Virus record (IMG/VR): IMGVR_UViG_3300046665_000548
Span: 496,001 to 560,000 of that record
DNA length: 64,000 nt
Strand: one strand, 5' to 3'
Shown here: piece by piece, positions 44,901 to 54,328 of the stretch
Layout of the letters: each line of letters begins with the position of its first letter
How positions within the stretch are numbered: the first letter of the stretch is position 1
The notes under the pieces: model-generated
Told to the model about the DNA's origin: nothing
The model's input: only the letters and a program-made list of their open reading frames with translations
Databases searched by the model: none
Made by a program: the position numbers and the translations under genes

Positions 44901-45344
44901 ATGGAAATCCTTATAGGAGATTTGGAGACCAACGGACTTAAGCCGGATCGCATCTGGATGGTCGGCGTGTTGGACTATCACACTGATGAATACGTGTCGT
45001 ACATCGGTGATGACGAAGTGCCGCTTGGCCTTATGCGTTTGGCTGAAGCTGATCGTGTCATCGGGCATAATTTTCGTGGCTATGACGCACGGGTGATTAA
45101 GAAGCTCACGAACGGACTCATCGAGATCGACAATGATCGGATTGACGACACGGTAGAGATTAGCCGTGCTCTGTTTCCAGAATTGGAAAATCATAAACTG
45201 GCAACCTGGGGAGAAATTCTCGGATTTCCAAAGCTCGATTCGCCTCTGTTCGAGACATTCACTCCAAAGATGATCCCTTACTGCGAACGCGATTGCCGCC
45301 TCAATAAGGTGCTCTACGATTTTCTGCTGAGCCGGATGACCTAA
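44901..45344 (+). CDS. Stand-alone 3'-5' exonuclease (PolA/DEDDy-type)
   Basis: IGDLETNGL (ExoI), IGHNFRGYD (ExoII), YCERD (ExoIII). Confidence 0.85.
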   Translation: MEILIGDLETNGLKPDRIWMVGVLDYHTDEYVSYIGDDEVPLGLMRLAEADRVIGHNFRGYDARVIKKLTNGLIEIDNDRIDDTVEISRALFPELENHKLATWGEILGFPKLDSPLFETFTPKMIPYCERDCRLNKVLYDFLLSRMT

Positions 45345-45847
45345 TGCGTTTGGTTATCTTGGAAAGCCCCTACGCGGGCGATATCAAAATGAACGTTGAA
45401 TATGCGAGAGCTTGCGTTCGAGACAGTTTGTCCAGGGGCGAAGCCCCTATTGCTTCTCACCTCCTGTATACTCAGGAAGGAATATTGCGCGACGAGGACC
45501 CGGACGAGCGGCAGTGGGGAATCGATGCTGGTCTGGCCTGGAAAGCGGTAGCGCAGGGGAGCGTGGTATATTGCGACCTCGGTGTTAGCAAGGGCATGGA
45601 ATACGGCATGGCCGCTGCAAAGGAAGCCGGTCTGCCGGTAGAGATCAGATACATTTACGAAAATCAGTTCTCAGCCAAGGACAACCTTCAACGTATTCTG
45701 AATAACAAGAATTGGGTGCATAACATCGATCCCGAGTTGCTGAAAGCCGCTGAGGATGCGATCAAGAGAATGGATGCACGGAAAGACGAGGACATTCAAG
45801 AATGGGCTTTTCGGCTCGCCTCAGACCTATCCAAGCATAAAGATTAA
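45344..45847 (+). CDS. Nucleoside deoxyribosyltransferase-like/DUF protein
   Basis: VILESPYAGD, GEAPIASHLLYTQ, DLGVSKGMEYG. Confidence 0.65.
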   Translation: MRLVILESPYAGDIKMNVEYARACVRDSLSRGEAPIASHLLYTQEGILRDEDPDERQWGIDAGLAWKAVAQGSVVYCDLGVSKGMEYGMAAAKEAGLPVEIRYIYENQFSAKDNLQRILNNKNWVHNIDPELLKAAEDAIKRMDARKDEDIQEWAFRLASDLSKHKD

Positions 45848-45900
45848 AGCGCAACACGCGTAGATGCCTAAATAAGCTACCGAACTGTTGGTGGAATTAT

Positions 45901-46128
45901 ATGCGCTTCTACGAAATATCAAGCGGACTTAGGATGCCGGTCAATGAGGAAGAGCAAGCTCTTCTTGATCGGGCTGTCGAAAAACACAGCGTTCATCGAT
46001 CACAACTATCCGACCGTGAGCAGGAAGTTGCCCGTTTGATGGTGTCGCGTGGTCTTCTCAATCGAGGGAAAGACCAAGAAGGAATATACTACACGCCAAA
46101 TTCGGCGGCAGATTTGTGGAGATATTGA
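45901..46128 (+). CDS. Hypothetical late protein
   Basis: MRFYEI start; downstream of TAAATA at 45869. Confidence 0.75.
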   Translation: MRFYEISSGLRMPVNEEEQALLDRAVEKHSVHRSQLSDREQEVARLMVSRGLLNRGKDQEGIYYTPNSAADLWRY

Positions 46129-46793
46129 TGACTGTTGATCAAAAGTCAGTTGATGACATGGCGAGAATTATGCGCGCCCTTGAAGGCAAGACGTTCGATG
46201 CCCCCTCGGATGATATGATGATCACTGAAGGCTCAGAGTACATTGCCCAGGAAATTGCTCCTGCTGTGACATCGAGCAGTGTGTCCACTCCGGATATCGA
46301 TGCCATGAAGAACATTCTGCTGAAGCTGAAAGAAGCCGATGCAGGTGCTCCGGCTCGTATATCAGAAGCATCTCGCTCTGATTCTCAATTCGCTGAAGCT
46401 CTGGTGACGGATAAGACGCCTACGGGTGTTCGCATCGGCAATTGGGAAATTGTTGTAAATGAGAGCGCGCGCGGCAAATCGTACGACGTGACTGACTCTT
46501 CCGGCCTAATGATCGCCAAGGATTTGTACCTCTACGATGCCGCTTACGGCATCACCAAGCGCCTAAACGAGGGTGTTGGCATCACGGACGTTCGAGTTCG
46601 TGATTTTCTGAAGCTTGAGGAAGACTACGCCAAGAATCTACAGGATGCGGCAACTTTCAAGGAACGAGCCAAGAGCCTGCGTGAAAAGGGCGAAAACTCG
46701 CGAGCCGCAATAGCCGAGGATCGTTTCGACAATTCCTCTTCGCAGGCATTGAGCGCGCATGATGAGATTCTGCGACTAGCCGGTCTTCGCTAA
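46128..46793 (+). CDS. Hypothetical late (head-region) protein
   Basis: TGATG-coupled; ends EILRLAGLR. Confidence 0.75.
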   Translation: MTVDQKSVDDMARIMRALEGKTFDAPSDDMMITEGSEYIAQEIAPAVTSSSVSTPDIDAMKNILLKLKEADAGAPARISEASRSDSQFAEALVTDKTPTGVRIGNWEIVVNESARGKSYDVTDSSGLMIAKDLYLYDAAYGITKRLNEGVGITDVRVRDFLKLEEDYAKNLQDAATFKERAKSLREKGENSRAAIAEDRFDNSSSQALSAHDEILRLAGLR

Positions 46794-47378
46794 ATGGCGG
46801 AGACGAGTGAGTTCTTCCTTGAGCTTCCGGAACTTACGTTCGATCCACGCGAACTATTAAAGATTGCGGAGGAGATGCATGATCATTGGAAGCCATACGT
46901 CGATCCTGGCTACAATTCAATAGGGGCGAGCTTACACCTGCGCCATCCTACAAATGTTGAGCGCGCGTACGTTCAGCACCTGAGAAAAAAACTGACGTTT
47001 GTGATTAACCGACATCGGGTGATGTTTTTCCGCATCCTTCCAGGTGTTTTGGTTCCTCCGCATCTTGACCTCCACCCGCCCGGTATGGCCGTTGCTAGAC
47101 AGGCGGCTATCGTATTTCCATTGATCCCGAAGGGACCGAAGACAGGTGCACCAATTCGATGGCATCGAGATGGAAAGGTTGTCATGGAGCATCACTATTC
47201 CACCGAATACGCGACGATGATCAATACTCAGCAGACGCATTCCGTTCAGAACAATGAGCATGAAAGGATCGCTTTTCAGTTCAGCGTTTATGAGCAGTTT
47301 GCAGATTGCGTCACGCGCTATCGAGAAGGCACCTTCTTTACTAACTCGTTGCATCAACCCTACGTCCCAAATGTCTAG
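46794..47378 (+). CDS. 2OG-Fe(II) oxygenase-like protein
   Basis: VPPHLD (HxD), THSVQN, ERIAFQ. Confidence 0.7.
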   Translation: MAETSEFFLELPELTFDPRELLKIAEEMHDHWKPYVDPGYNSIGASLHLRHPTNVERAYVQHLRKKLTFVINRHRVMFFRILPGVLVPPHLDLHPPGMAVARQAAIVFPLIPKGPKTGAPIRWHRDGKVVMEHHYSTEYATMINTQQTHSVQNNEHERIAFQFSVYEQFADCVTRYREGTFFTNSLHQPYVPNV

Positions 47379-47949
47379 GAATGTCTCCGATCAATTCTAT
47401 CTTGAGCTACCCGAGCTTACGTTTGATCGAAACGAGTTTATTTCCACGGTAGAAGAACTTCGAAAATACTGGAAGCCTTGTATGACCCCAGTTGGGGTCG
47501 GCGTGGGATGTCGGGTTCAGCGTCACGTTTCTATCTTTGACCGACCTCACGTCAAGAGCATCACGGATAAGCTTGCCTTCGAATTGAATGCATACAATGT
47601 CGGTTTCCTCAAGCTTGATCCCGGTTTTTATCTACCCGAGCACGTAGACGCCCAACCGCCCGGATCACCGGTAGCTCGTCAGGCCGTCATTATGTTTCCG
47701 ATTACTCCACTCGAAGCAATTGACACTGCTCCTATCCGTTGGTTTCGAGAAGGAGAGTTGGTCATGGAACACCATTATTCCACCAAACACGCCACCATCA
47801 TCAATGCACAAGAGAACCATTCGGTTCAGAACAACGCAAATGAGAGAATTAGCTTCCAGATCAGTCTTTATGAGCCATTTGCGGATTGTGTGAAGAAATA
47901 TCGAGAAGGAACGTTCTACAATAACCAGAGCATTGTTTCGCCCGTATAA
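47371..47949 (+). CDS. 2OG-Fe(II) oxygenase-like protein, tandem paralog
   Basis: LPEHVD, NHSVQN, ERISFQ; closely similar to the upstream gene. Confidence 0.7.
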   Translation: MSRNVSDQFYLELPELTFDRNEFISTVEELRKYWKPCMTPVGVGVGCRVQRHVSIFDRPHVKSITDKLAFELNAYNVGFLKLDPGFYLPEHVDAQPPGSPVARQAVIMFPITPLEAIDTAPIRWFREGELVMEHHYSTKHATIINAQENHSVQNNANERISFQISLYEPFADCVKKYREGTFYNNQSIVSPV

Positions 47950-47961
47950 ATACTCCGTATT

Positions 47962-48258
47962 ATGCAATCTGGTGATCTCCGAATGACTGACAAGACCGAA
48001 GATGCTTTGAGAAAGATTGACCCGATCAATCGGCTTCTCGAAAGCCGCTTTGGACTTCGTGTCGATGGTGGATCGGTTGAGCATCTACTTGACGTTCTTC
48101 ATCTTTATGATGGGAAGCGTGATGTGTTGATCAAAACCCTAGGCGAAGCTCAGGCTATTAAAACGTCCGAGTATGCCAAGGCAGTTCTGATCAGTGAAGC
48201 TGTTCGGATGATGATTCGAGAAATTGCACCAAAGCGATTGCAGAAAAGAAAGCGATAA
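47962..48258 (+). CDS. Hypothetical late protein
   Basis: After TATAAATA at 47945-52. Confidence 0.7.
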   Translation: MQSGDLRMTDKTEDALRKIDPINRLLESRFGLRVDGGSVEHLLDVLHLYDGKRDVLIKTLGEAQAIKTSEYAKAVLISEAVRMMIREIAPKRLQKRKR

Positions 48259-48269
48259 GGGAGTTTTTT

Positions 48270-49289
48270 ATGAGCAAGAAGCAAAAGTTGGCCGAGACTC
48301 GCCGTCGCATTGCAGAACTTCAGACCAAGTTGGTATCACTGAAGACTGCAAAGCCCGTGACGGAGAAGGAGGCTCGTTTCAATACGGGTCTAGCACGCCT
48401 CATCGAGAGCGAGCTTGACAAGGCAGGCGTGGTCATGGCGGCCCAGTCCATCGTGGACAAGCTGACCAAGATGATTGAAGACACTGCCAAGGTCTATGGT
48501 GACGAGGTTGTTCCGATGATGGATTCCATCAAGGACACTTTCGGTCCCGACATGGCGGAAAATTTCCGCAACGCTGCCCAGAACCAGTTGAATGCCGCTA
48601 CCACGGCTCTCACCCAGGTTAAGGATGCTATCGGAGCAGAGGTATCGAAGCTCGAAGGCGTAATCAATGGCGGCGGTTCGAACGACATGGGAATGGCTGA
48701 CGACCTCAGCGATATGGCTCCTCCGGCTGGCGCTCCTGCGATGCCTGATCCGGCTGCTGCTGCTATTCCTCCGGCTCCTACTGATGGGGTTGGCGGCGAC
48801 ATGAGCACCGATCCTACTCACGGCGATGCCCCGCTCGGTGATACCGGCGAAATTCCGATGGACCCAGGTCTTGACGGAATGGACGATGGCAGCGCCGCTG
48901 GCCGCGCCAAGAAGGAAAGTGCAAAGCCGAAGGGCAAGCCTGTCCGTGAAGGTGAATTCGTTCTCGGCAAGAAGGGTGTAAATCCTTTTGCAAAGAAGGA
49001 TGATGCCAAGAAGGACGATAAGAAGAAAGATGACGCTAAGAAGGACGATAAGGCTTCTGGCGACAAGAAAGAGAAGGAAAAGGATGCCAAGAATGAGAGC
49101 GCTCGTTCGAAGGCTACCAAGGCTCTTTCCGAATCTTCCAACCCAGATCAGATGATTCTGAACGCTTTCAAGAAGGCGCTTCGTGAAGGTCATTCTCCGG
49201 TTCGCGCCGCTCGTGCCATTTCCAAAGTCTTCGAAGTCGATTTCGCAGATGTTGTTGAAATCGTTCGAGAGAGCAGCCTGGGAAAATAA
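48270..49289 (+). CDS. Probable prohead core/scaffold-like protein
   Basis: Helical N-terminus, Pro/Asp-rich linker, KKDD repeats, many Glu sites; late context. Confidence 0.55.
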   Translation: MSKKQKLAETRRRIAELQTKLVSLKTAKPVTEKEARFNTGLARLIESELDKAGVVMAAQSIVDKLTKMIEDTAKVYGDEVVPMMDSIKDTFGPDMAENFRNAAQNQLNAATTALTQVKDAIGAEVSKLEGVINGGGSNDMGMADDLSDMAPPAGAPAMPDPAAAAIPPAPTDGVGGDMSTDPTHGDAPLGDTGEIPMDPGLDGMDDGSAAGRAKKESAKPKGKPVREGEFVLGKKGVNPFAKKDDAKKDDKKKDDAKKDDKASGDKKEKEKDAKNESARSKATKALSESSNPDQMILNAFKKALREGHSPVRAARAISKVFEVDFADVVEIVRESSLGK

Positions 49290-49318
49290 AGGCCCGCCGC
49301 GATCAACGCGGAGCGAAG

Positions 49319-49780
49319 GTGGGCTCTAACACGCAACTCAACATCCCTGGTACGGCGAAAGTCGGCCAGGGTGTACAAGCTCGGCGTGCCGCAGATAAAC
49401 CTCTTCGCTCGAAAGAGCCACAAAAGGGCTCCGATGGTCTCCCCTTGTTCGGAGATCGTCATAAGCAAAAGGAAATGCTTCTTGATAAGCAGCTTGATGA
49501 AGCTGGAATCGTGAAACCAATTGCGCCGGTTAAGCCAACTCCCCCGGCCAATCCTTCACAGACATCTGCTCAACAGCCAGCAAATCAGGCCGACGAGCAG
49601 AAGGCACAGTCGATCACTCAGCGCATTCGCAGTCAGAACCCAGCGGGTGTTCAAGTTGATCAGATTCCAAATCTCGTTCAACAAAGTGCAAACGCGATTG
49701 GTGTCCCAACGCAAGACGTTCCAATGATGGTTGATTTGGTTAAAAAGGCGCTCGGCGTCGGTCAGCCTCAACAGAAGTAA
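49319..49780 (+). CDS. Hypothetical Gln/Pro-rich late protein
   Basis: 153 aa ORF; start uncertain. Confidence 0.6.
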   Translation: MGSNTQLNIPGTAKVGQGVQARRAADKPLRSKEPQKGSDGLPLFGDRHKQKEMLLDKQLDEAGIVKPIAPVKPTPPANPSQTSAQQPANQADEQKAQSITQRIRSQNPAGVQVDQIPNLVQQSANAIGVPTQDVPMMVDLVKKALGVGQPQQK

Positions 49781-49788
49781 GGTGTAGG

Positions 49789-50208
49789 ATGATTCTTCTT
49801 GAACTCTTTGACGCGAACGATCCGCAATTGGATGATGGCCAGGACCTTCGGAAGGACCTGAAGAACGATGCCATCGATATCCTTATGCCGTTCGCGGCCC
49901 ATGGGGTCCCATTCGTGACAGTTCAGAACGTCATCGATAAACTCGGTGAAGCAAAGTCTGGTCTTGTCATTGATCGTGCTCTTGTCATGGACATCCTAAA
50001 TCCAGAAGAAGTAAAGATCGTCAAAAAGATCGAGGGTGATAAAATCTGGCTTACTATTCCGGAGCCAGTTGATGGCCAGCGTGAGGTAACTCAACAGAAG
50101 CAGGAACAAGACAAGCAGAAGACCATCAACATGGCTCAACAGCAGGCAAAGAAACAAGTCGCCGCTCCTCCTGCTCCAGCGCCAGCCGCACCACCTCCGC
50201 CACAATAA
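49789..50208 (+). CDS. Hypothetical late protein
   Basis: MILLELFD start; Gln/Pro tail. Confidence 0.75.
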   Translation: MILLELFDANDPQLDDGQDLRKDLKNDAIDILMPFAAHGVPFVTVQNVIDKLGEAKSGLVIDRALVMDILNPEEVKIVKKIEGDKIWLTIPEPVDGQREVTQQKQEQDKQKTINMAQQQAKKQVAAPPAPAPAAPPPPQ

Positions 50209-50297
50209 GATTTAGACTCTATACTGACCCCTAGTTTAAGATGAAGGAGAGACCCAATGTCTCTCCTTTTTATTTTGTGACATTTGAACAGTGAATA

Positions 50298-50975
50298 TTG
50301 ATGGTTATTAAAGAACGTTTCGAATACGCAAAGCTTTCTCGCGACACCCAAGAAGATGGGACGAGATTCTATAACTGTCCCATCACGGGTCTTGCGCTGC
50401 CTAGTGTCACCACTGTTCTGTCAAAGACGGCAGACAAGACGGCATTGATCCTGTGGGAACAGGCCGTTGGTAAGAAGCGTGCTGATAGGGCTAGAGAAGA
50501 GGGAACTGCTCTCGGCACTTTGATGCATACCCATGTCGAAAACTACGTCATGGGGATCGAGCGCCCGAAAGGCAATCATCTGATGCGGTTACAAGCCGCA
50601 CGCATGGCAGATCAGATCATCGCCAAGGCACTGCCAAAAGTTGACGAGGTATGGGGACAAGAGGTCGCCATGTATTTCCCCGGACTATACGCCGGGACAA
50701 CGGACCTTGTTGGTGTCTACGAGGGTGAAGAAGCCATCATGGACCACAAGACGGCCAAGAAGATGCGCACACGCGATATGATCGATGACTACATGGATCA
50801 GATGGCCGCTTATGCCATCGCGCATGATGAGGTCTACGGGACCAACATCAAGAAGGGCGTCGTGTTCATGGTCAGTCGTGACCTCGAATTTAAAGAATTC
50901 ATTCTCAAAGGCCAGGAATTTGAGGACCACAAGGGTTCTTTCCTCCGCCGCCTTGAAACATTTATGGGATCATAA
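50298..50975 (+). CDS. PD-(D/E)XK exonuclease (Cas4/MGME1-like)
   Basis: LPSVTTVL, GTLMH, YAGTTDLV, IMDHKT, QMAAYA. Confidence 0.85.
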   Translation: MMVIKERFEYAKLSRDTQEDGTRFYNCPITGLALPSVTTVLSKTADKTALILWEQAVGKKRADRAREEGTALGTLMHTHVENYVMGIERPKGNHLMRLQAARMADQIIAKALPKVDEVWGQEVAMYFPGLYAGTTDLVGVYEGEEAIMDHKTAKKMRTRDMIDDYMDQMAAYAIAHDEVYGTNIKKGVVFMVSRDLEFKEFILKGQEFEDHKGSFLRRLETFMGS

Positions 50976-51081
50976 TGATATTTTCAAATCGCTGCACTCT
51001 TATGCTCTTCGGCGTAATCGTTTTCGGTATCGCGCTCGGAATTTTTCATCGTCTTTAAATCGTTTCCGGCTCCAAAAAACG

Positions 51082-51110
51082 CTTGACGATCTCTCTATCT
51101 GTGGTAATCT
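51082..51110 (+). promoter_or_regulatory. Early-type promoter
   Basis: CTTGAC-N17-TAATCT. Confidence 0.7.
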
Positions 51111-51154
51111 GAGTACATCAGAGAGATTGATTCGCCCCCAACACGGAGCCCTCC

Positions 51155-51910
51155 ATGTTCGCCACTGCTCAGACCCTCAAGTCCCCGAAGGCCAGCGCGA
51201 AGAAGAGCGACAAGGCCGAGATCGAAATCACCAATTTCGGCCTGACGGCGGCCCTCAAGTACACCATCCAGACGCTGGAAACCGTCTATGCGACCATGGA
51301 CACCCAGGTCAAGTCGCAGATGACCGATCTCTTCGTCAAGCAGGGCTGCGCCAAGCAGGCCAAGCCGGAGAGCTTCAAGGGCTTCGAAAATCTGGCCCGC
51401 AAGGACGCGAACGGCAAGTCCGTGACGCTCGCCGCCTCTGGTTCCTGCGAGTTCCGCAAGCGTTCGACCGCCTCGGCACTTTCGGATGAAGAGGTCGCCA
51501 TTCTGGAAGCGAACGAAATCACCTACGGCACCGACACCAAGGTGGCCGAGACCTTCGTGATCAACCCGGAATACGCCAACGATCAGGAAATGCTGGCGAA
51601 GGTCGAAAAGGCCCTCAAGGGCATCAAGGGCCTCCCGCAGGATTTCATCATGAAGCAGGAAGGCGTGTCCAAGCGCGTTGTGACCGACGAGACCGTTGCG
51701 CAGGTCTTCAAGAAGCCGGTCGCCGTTGCTGAGAAGCTGCTCCCACTGATCAGCACTCTCGCGATCAAGCCGACCGTCGCCACCGACGATATCAACGCAG
51801 TGTGGCCCTTCGTTCAGCCGCTGCTCGGTATCGTCACTCAGGAGCAGGTTCGCGAGTTCCAGGCCAAGAAGGACTCGAAGCGCGGTAGCTTCAAGAAGGC
51901 AGCCGCCTAA
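51155..51910 (+). CDS. Hypothetical Lys/Ala-rich protein
   Basis: 251 aa with strongly biased codons; GGAG SD. Confidence 0.8.
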   Translation: MFATAQTLKSPKASAKKSDKAEIEITNFGLTAALKYTIQTLETVYATMDTQVKSQMTDLFVKQGCAKQAKPESFKGFENLARKDANGKSVTLAASGSCEFRKRSTASALSDEEVAILEANEITYGTDTKVAETFVINPEYANDQEMLAKVEKALKGIKGLPQDFIMKQEGVSKRVVTDETVAQVFKKPVAVAEKLLPLISTLAIKPTVATDDINAVWPFVQPLLGIVTQEQVREFQAKKDSKRGSFKKAAA

Positions 51911-52045
51911 AATCCCAAAAATAGCTCCCCACCGCTGCCGGTGGGGAGTAAACTGCGTACTGCGGGTTATCCTGACGCGACTCCGAGGGCATATATTGTG
52001 CCCTCGGAGGCGTGCCATGGGGACCGTCACAAAAATGGAGTTACC

Positions 52046-52858
52046 ATGAAATATCTTCGATACTTGGGGGCGATTGCTGCTGTTGCCCTTCTTTCCTACG
52101 GTTCGGCATCGGCGGCCGATCTCGCATACCGAAAGGCACCACCCGTCGTCACCTACCCGGAGGCGCAAGCTTTGTTCGGCGGTCTGACCATCGGCATCAA
52201 TGGCGGTTACGGCTGGAACAAGGTCGATACCACGAATCAGTCGATCAACACCACGGGAGGTCTGGTTGGCCTACCCAACGGGACTTTCCCCGCAACCACA
52301 TTTACTGGTGCCAACTCGACTGGCAACATGGATGGTGCATTCTTCGGTGGTCAGGTCGGATACGCGTGGCAGCAAGGCAACGTCGTCTTCGGGATCGAAA
52401 CCGATTTTCAGTGGGCTGATTTCAAGACCAGCAATCAGTTCAGCGGATCGTTGCTTGGCCCTGTCTACAATACGTCGAGCAAAATCGACGCATTCGGTAC
52501 GTCACGGTTGAAGCTCGGTTACGCGATGGGCAGTTTCATGCCTTATGTCACGGGCGGCGTGGCCTATGCGAACATTCGTTCTGATCTGAACGTGCAGCCG
52601 GGCGCACTCGGAGCACCGGTCGGCGCGGCCTTCAATCAGTCCAATGAAAGCTGGCAGGTCGGTTACGTGGTTGGCGGCGGTATTCAGTACGCTGTCACTC
52701 AGAATTGGCTGCTCGGCGTCGAGTACAAGCACATGGAGTTCGCGTCCCGCACGTACAATTTCAATTTCAATGCGGCGGGTGCTGCCCGAGCAGACGCGGG
52801 CGTCAAGTCTGACCTTGTGAGCCTGACCTTGAACTACAAACTGCCAGTAGGTTTCTAA
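52046..52858 (+). CDS. Outer-membrane beta-barrel protein, Omp25/RopB-like
   Basis: Signal peptide, ADL..RKAPPV, GGQVGYAWQ, GIETDFQW, VGGGIQY, VEYKH, terminal Phe. Confidence 0.9.
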   Translation: MKYLRYLGAIAAVALLSYGSASAADLAYRKAPPVVTYPEAQALFGGLTIGINGGYGWNKVDTTNQSINTTGGLVGLPNGTFPATTFTGANSTGNMDGAFFGGQVGYAWQQGNVVFGIETDFQWADFKTSNQFSGSLLGPVYNTSSKIDAFGTSRLKLGYAMGSFMPYVTGGVAYANIRSDLNVQPGALGAPVGAAFNQSNESWQVGYVVGGGIQYAVTQNWLLGVEYKHMEFASRTYNFNFNAAGAARADAGVKSDLVSLTLNYKLPVGF

Positions 52859-52874
52859 CCTCCCAGCACAGCAG

Positions 52875-52908
52875 AAAGGGGCGGTCTTCTGGCCGCCTCT
52901 TTTTTTTT
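52875..52908 (+). terminator. Intrinsic terminator
   Basis: AGGGGCGGTC/GGCCGCCTCT plus T-tract. Confidence 0.85.
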
Positions 52909-52918
52909 GGACACATAA

Positions 52919-53086
52919 ATGAACATTCGTGAAAAATTTGCCCGTGCTATCTATGACCGCCGTTTCGGCGCAGGCACGTGGGATCGCCAAAAGCAAGCGA
53001 TCAAAAACTGGCCAAGCCTTTCTGCTCAGGACGCGCTGAAAGATGCCGATGCCGTTTTAGCCGCCCTCGATTGGCGAGACCTCTGA
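52919..53086 (+). CDS. Hypothetical protein (55 aa, not in ORF track)
   Basis: MNIREKFARAIYDRRFG...LAALDWRDL. Confidence 0.6.
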   Translation: MNIREKFARAIYDRRFGAGTWDRQKQAIKNWPSLSAQDALKDADAVLAALDWRDL

Positions 53087-53090
53087 TTGG

Positions 53091-53119
53091 CTTGACAAGC
53101 ATGCGATTCGTGGTAGATT
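53091..53119 (+). promoter_or_regulatory. Early-type promoter (leaderless)
   Basis: CTTGAC-N17-TAGATT, 6 nt, then ATG 53126. Confidence 0.75.
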
Positions 53120-53125
53120 TAGTCC

Positions 53126-53890
53126 ATGCGATATGATTCATTTGCCTACCTTTGGCCACCCCGTCCGGATCAGCCGATCCCGCAGACGCTGTTGCCGTAT
53201 TACGAAAACAGCCTGGGCTACGTTGCTCAAGCGAAGAAGAACGGCACCTGCAACATCATCGCGGTAAAGCCCTCATTGTGGCGCGCGGATAACAATGCGG
53301 ACGACTGGATGGTCTGCATGAGCCGCCACAAGGAAGATCACAAGCTCTGGACGCCAACGGCGGCGTCGAGTGCAATCTTCAAGGGCCTCCCCGGCGAGGG
53401 CTGGTACGTATTCGTGGCAGAGCTTCTGCACAGTAAGCTCAAGGAAGGTCCCAAGGACACCAATTTCATCAACGACATTCTCGTTGCGGATGGCGATTAC
53501 CTGATCGGTAAGACGTTCGGTGAGCGCCAGTATATGCTCTACGATCTCTTCCTGGGCGAAGAGGCCGCCGATTATCTTTCTCTCGAAGAGACCAATTTGA
53601 AGGGTCGTGATCTACTCAATCGCAATAACGCGCTCCAGAATTTGCGTAAGGATGATATTTTTGTTGCGCCGACGCACTATGTGCTGGACGGCAATACGTG
53701 GCTCGCCAAGAACTTCGCCTCCGATTTCTCCAAGCTGTACAATTCGTTAGTCACTCCTGAGGACGAAGGTCTTGTCTTGAAGAACCCTGAGGCCAAGCTG
53801 TCGGCGTGCATTCGCGCCTCTTCGAACGCCGGTTGGCAGGTCAAGTGTCGCAGGCAAATCGGACAGGGCGGAAAGAACTATTCGTTCTAA
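53126..53890 (+). CDS. ATP-dependent ligase adenylation domain (no OB domain)
   Basis: QAKKNG (motif I), FVAELL, INDIL, DEGLVLK, WQVKCR. Confidence 0.7.
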   Translation: MRYDSFAYLWPPRPDQPIPQTLLPYYENSLGYVAQAKKNGTCNIIAVKPSLWRADNNADDWMVCMSRHKEDHKLWTPTAASSAIFKGLPGEGWYVFVAELLHSKLKEGPKDTNFINDILVADGDYLIGKTFGERQYMLYDLFLGEEAADYLSLEETNLKGRDLLNRNNALQNLRKDDIFVAPTHYVLDGNTWLAKNFASDFSKLYNSLVTPEDEGLVLKNPEAKLSACIRASSNAGWQVKCRRQIGQGGKNYSF

Positions 53891-53911
53891 ATACGGTTAT
53901 GGGAGATTTGT

Positions 53912-54328
53912 ATGCAGCGTCTTGAAGAACTCCGTCACCGCATGCGCGTGAAGCAGGCTAGCAACGATCAACTCGCTGCTATTCTTGCCGTACTCGGTGG
54001 GGAATGGCATGGGGTGCATGATTCGGAAGCAATCCTTTCGCTGCTGCGAAGCAAGTTGCAATTCTCGAATCGTCCTGATCTCAACGACGTGCAGTCTGTC
54101 CCGGAGCTTGTTGCTCGCCTGGGGGTCAAGCTTGATCACATCGACCCCGCTCTGCTCGAAGAGGCTCGTCTTGCCGACAAGGAATTCCATCGCAAGTTGG
54201 ACGAGGATTTCCGCCGCGCATCGGAAGAGCATCGAAACACGCCAGAACATCAGCAGTTCTTGACCGAGGAACGCGCTCGCTTTGGTACCCAGTATGACGA
54301 ATGGTTTCCAGGCCGAAAGGACTCATGA
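53912..54328 (+). CDS. Hypothetical protein
   Basis: 138 aa; GGAG SD. Confidence 0.7.
   Translation: MQRLEELRHRMRVKQASNDQLAAILAVLGGEWHGVHDSEAILSLLRSKLQFSNRPDLNDVQSVPELVARLGVKLDHIDPALLEEARLADKEFHRKLDEDFRRASEEHRNTPEHQQFLTEERARFGTQYDEWFPGRKDS

Noticed and set aside
48960-49100. Short tandem repeats (AAGAAGGATGA-like)
   Set aside because: They encode KKDD low-complexity protein sequence; not CRISPR or a DNA repeat element.
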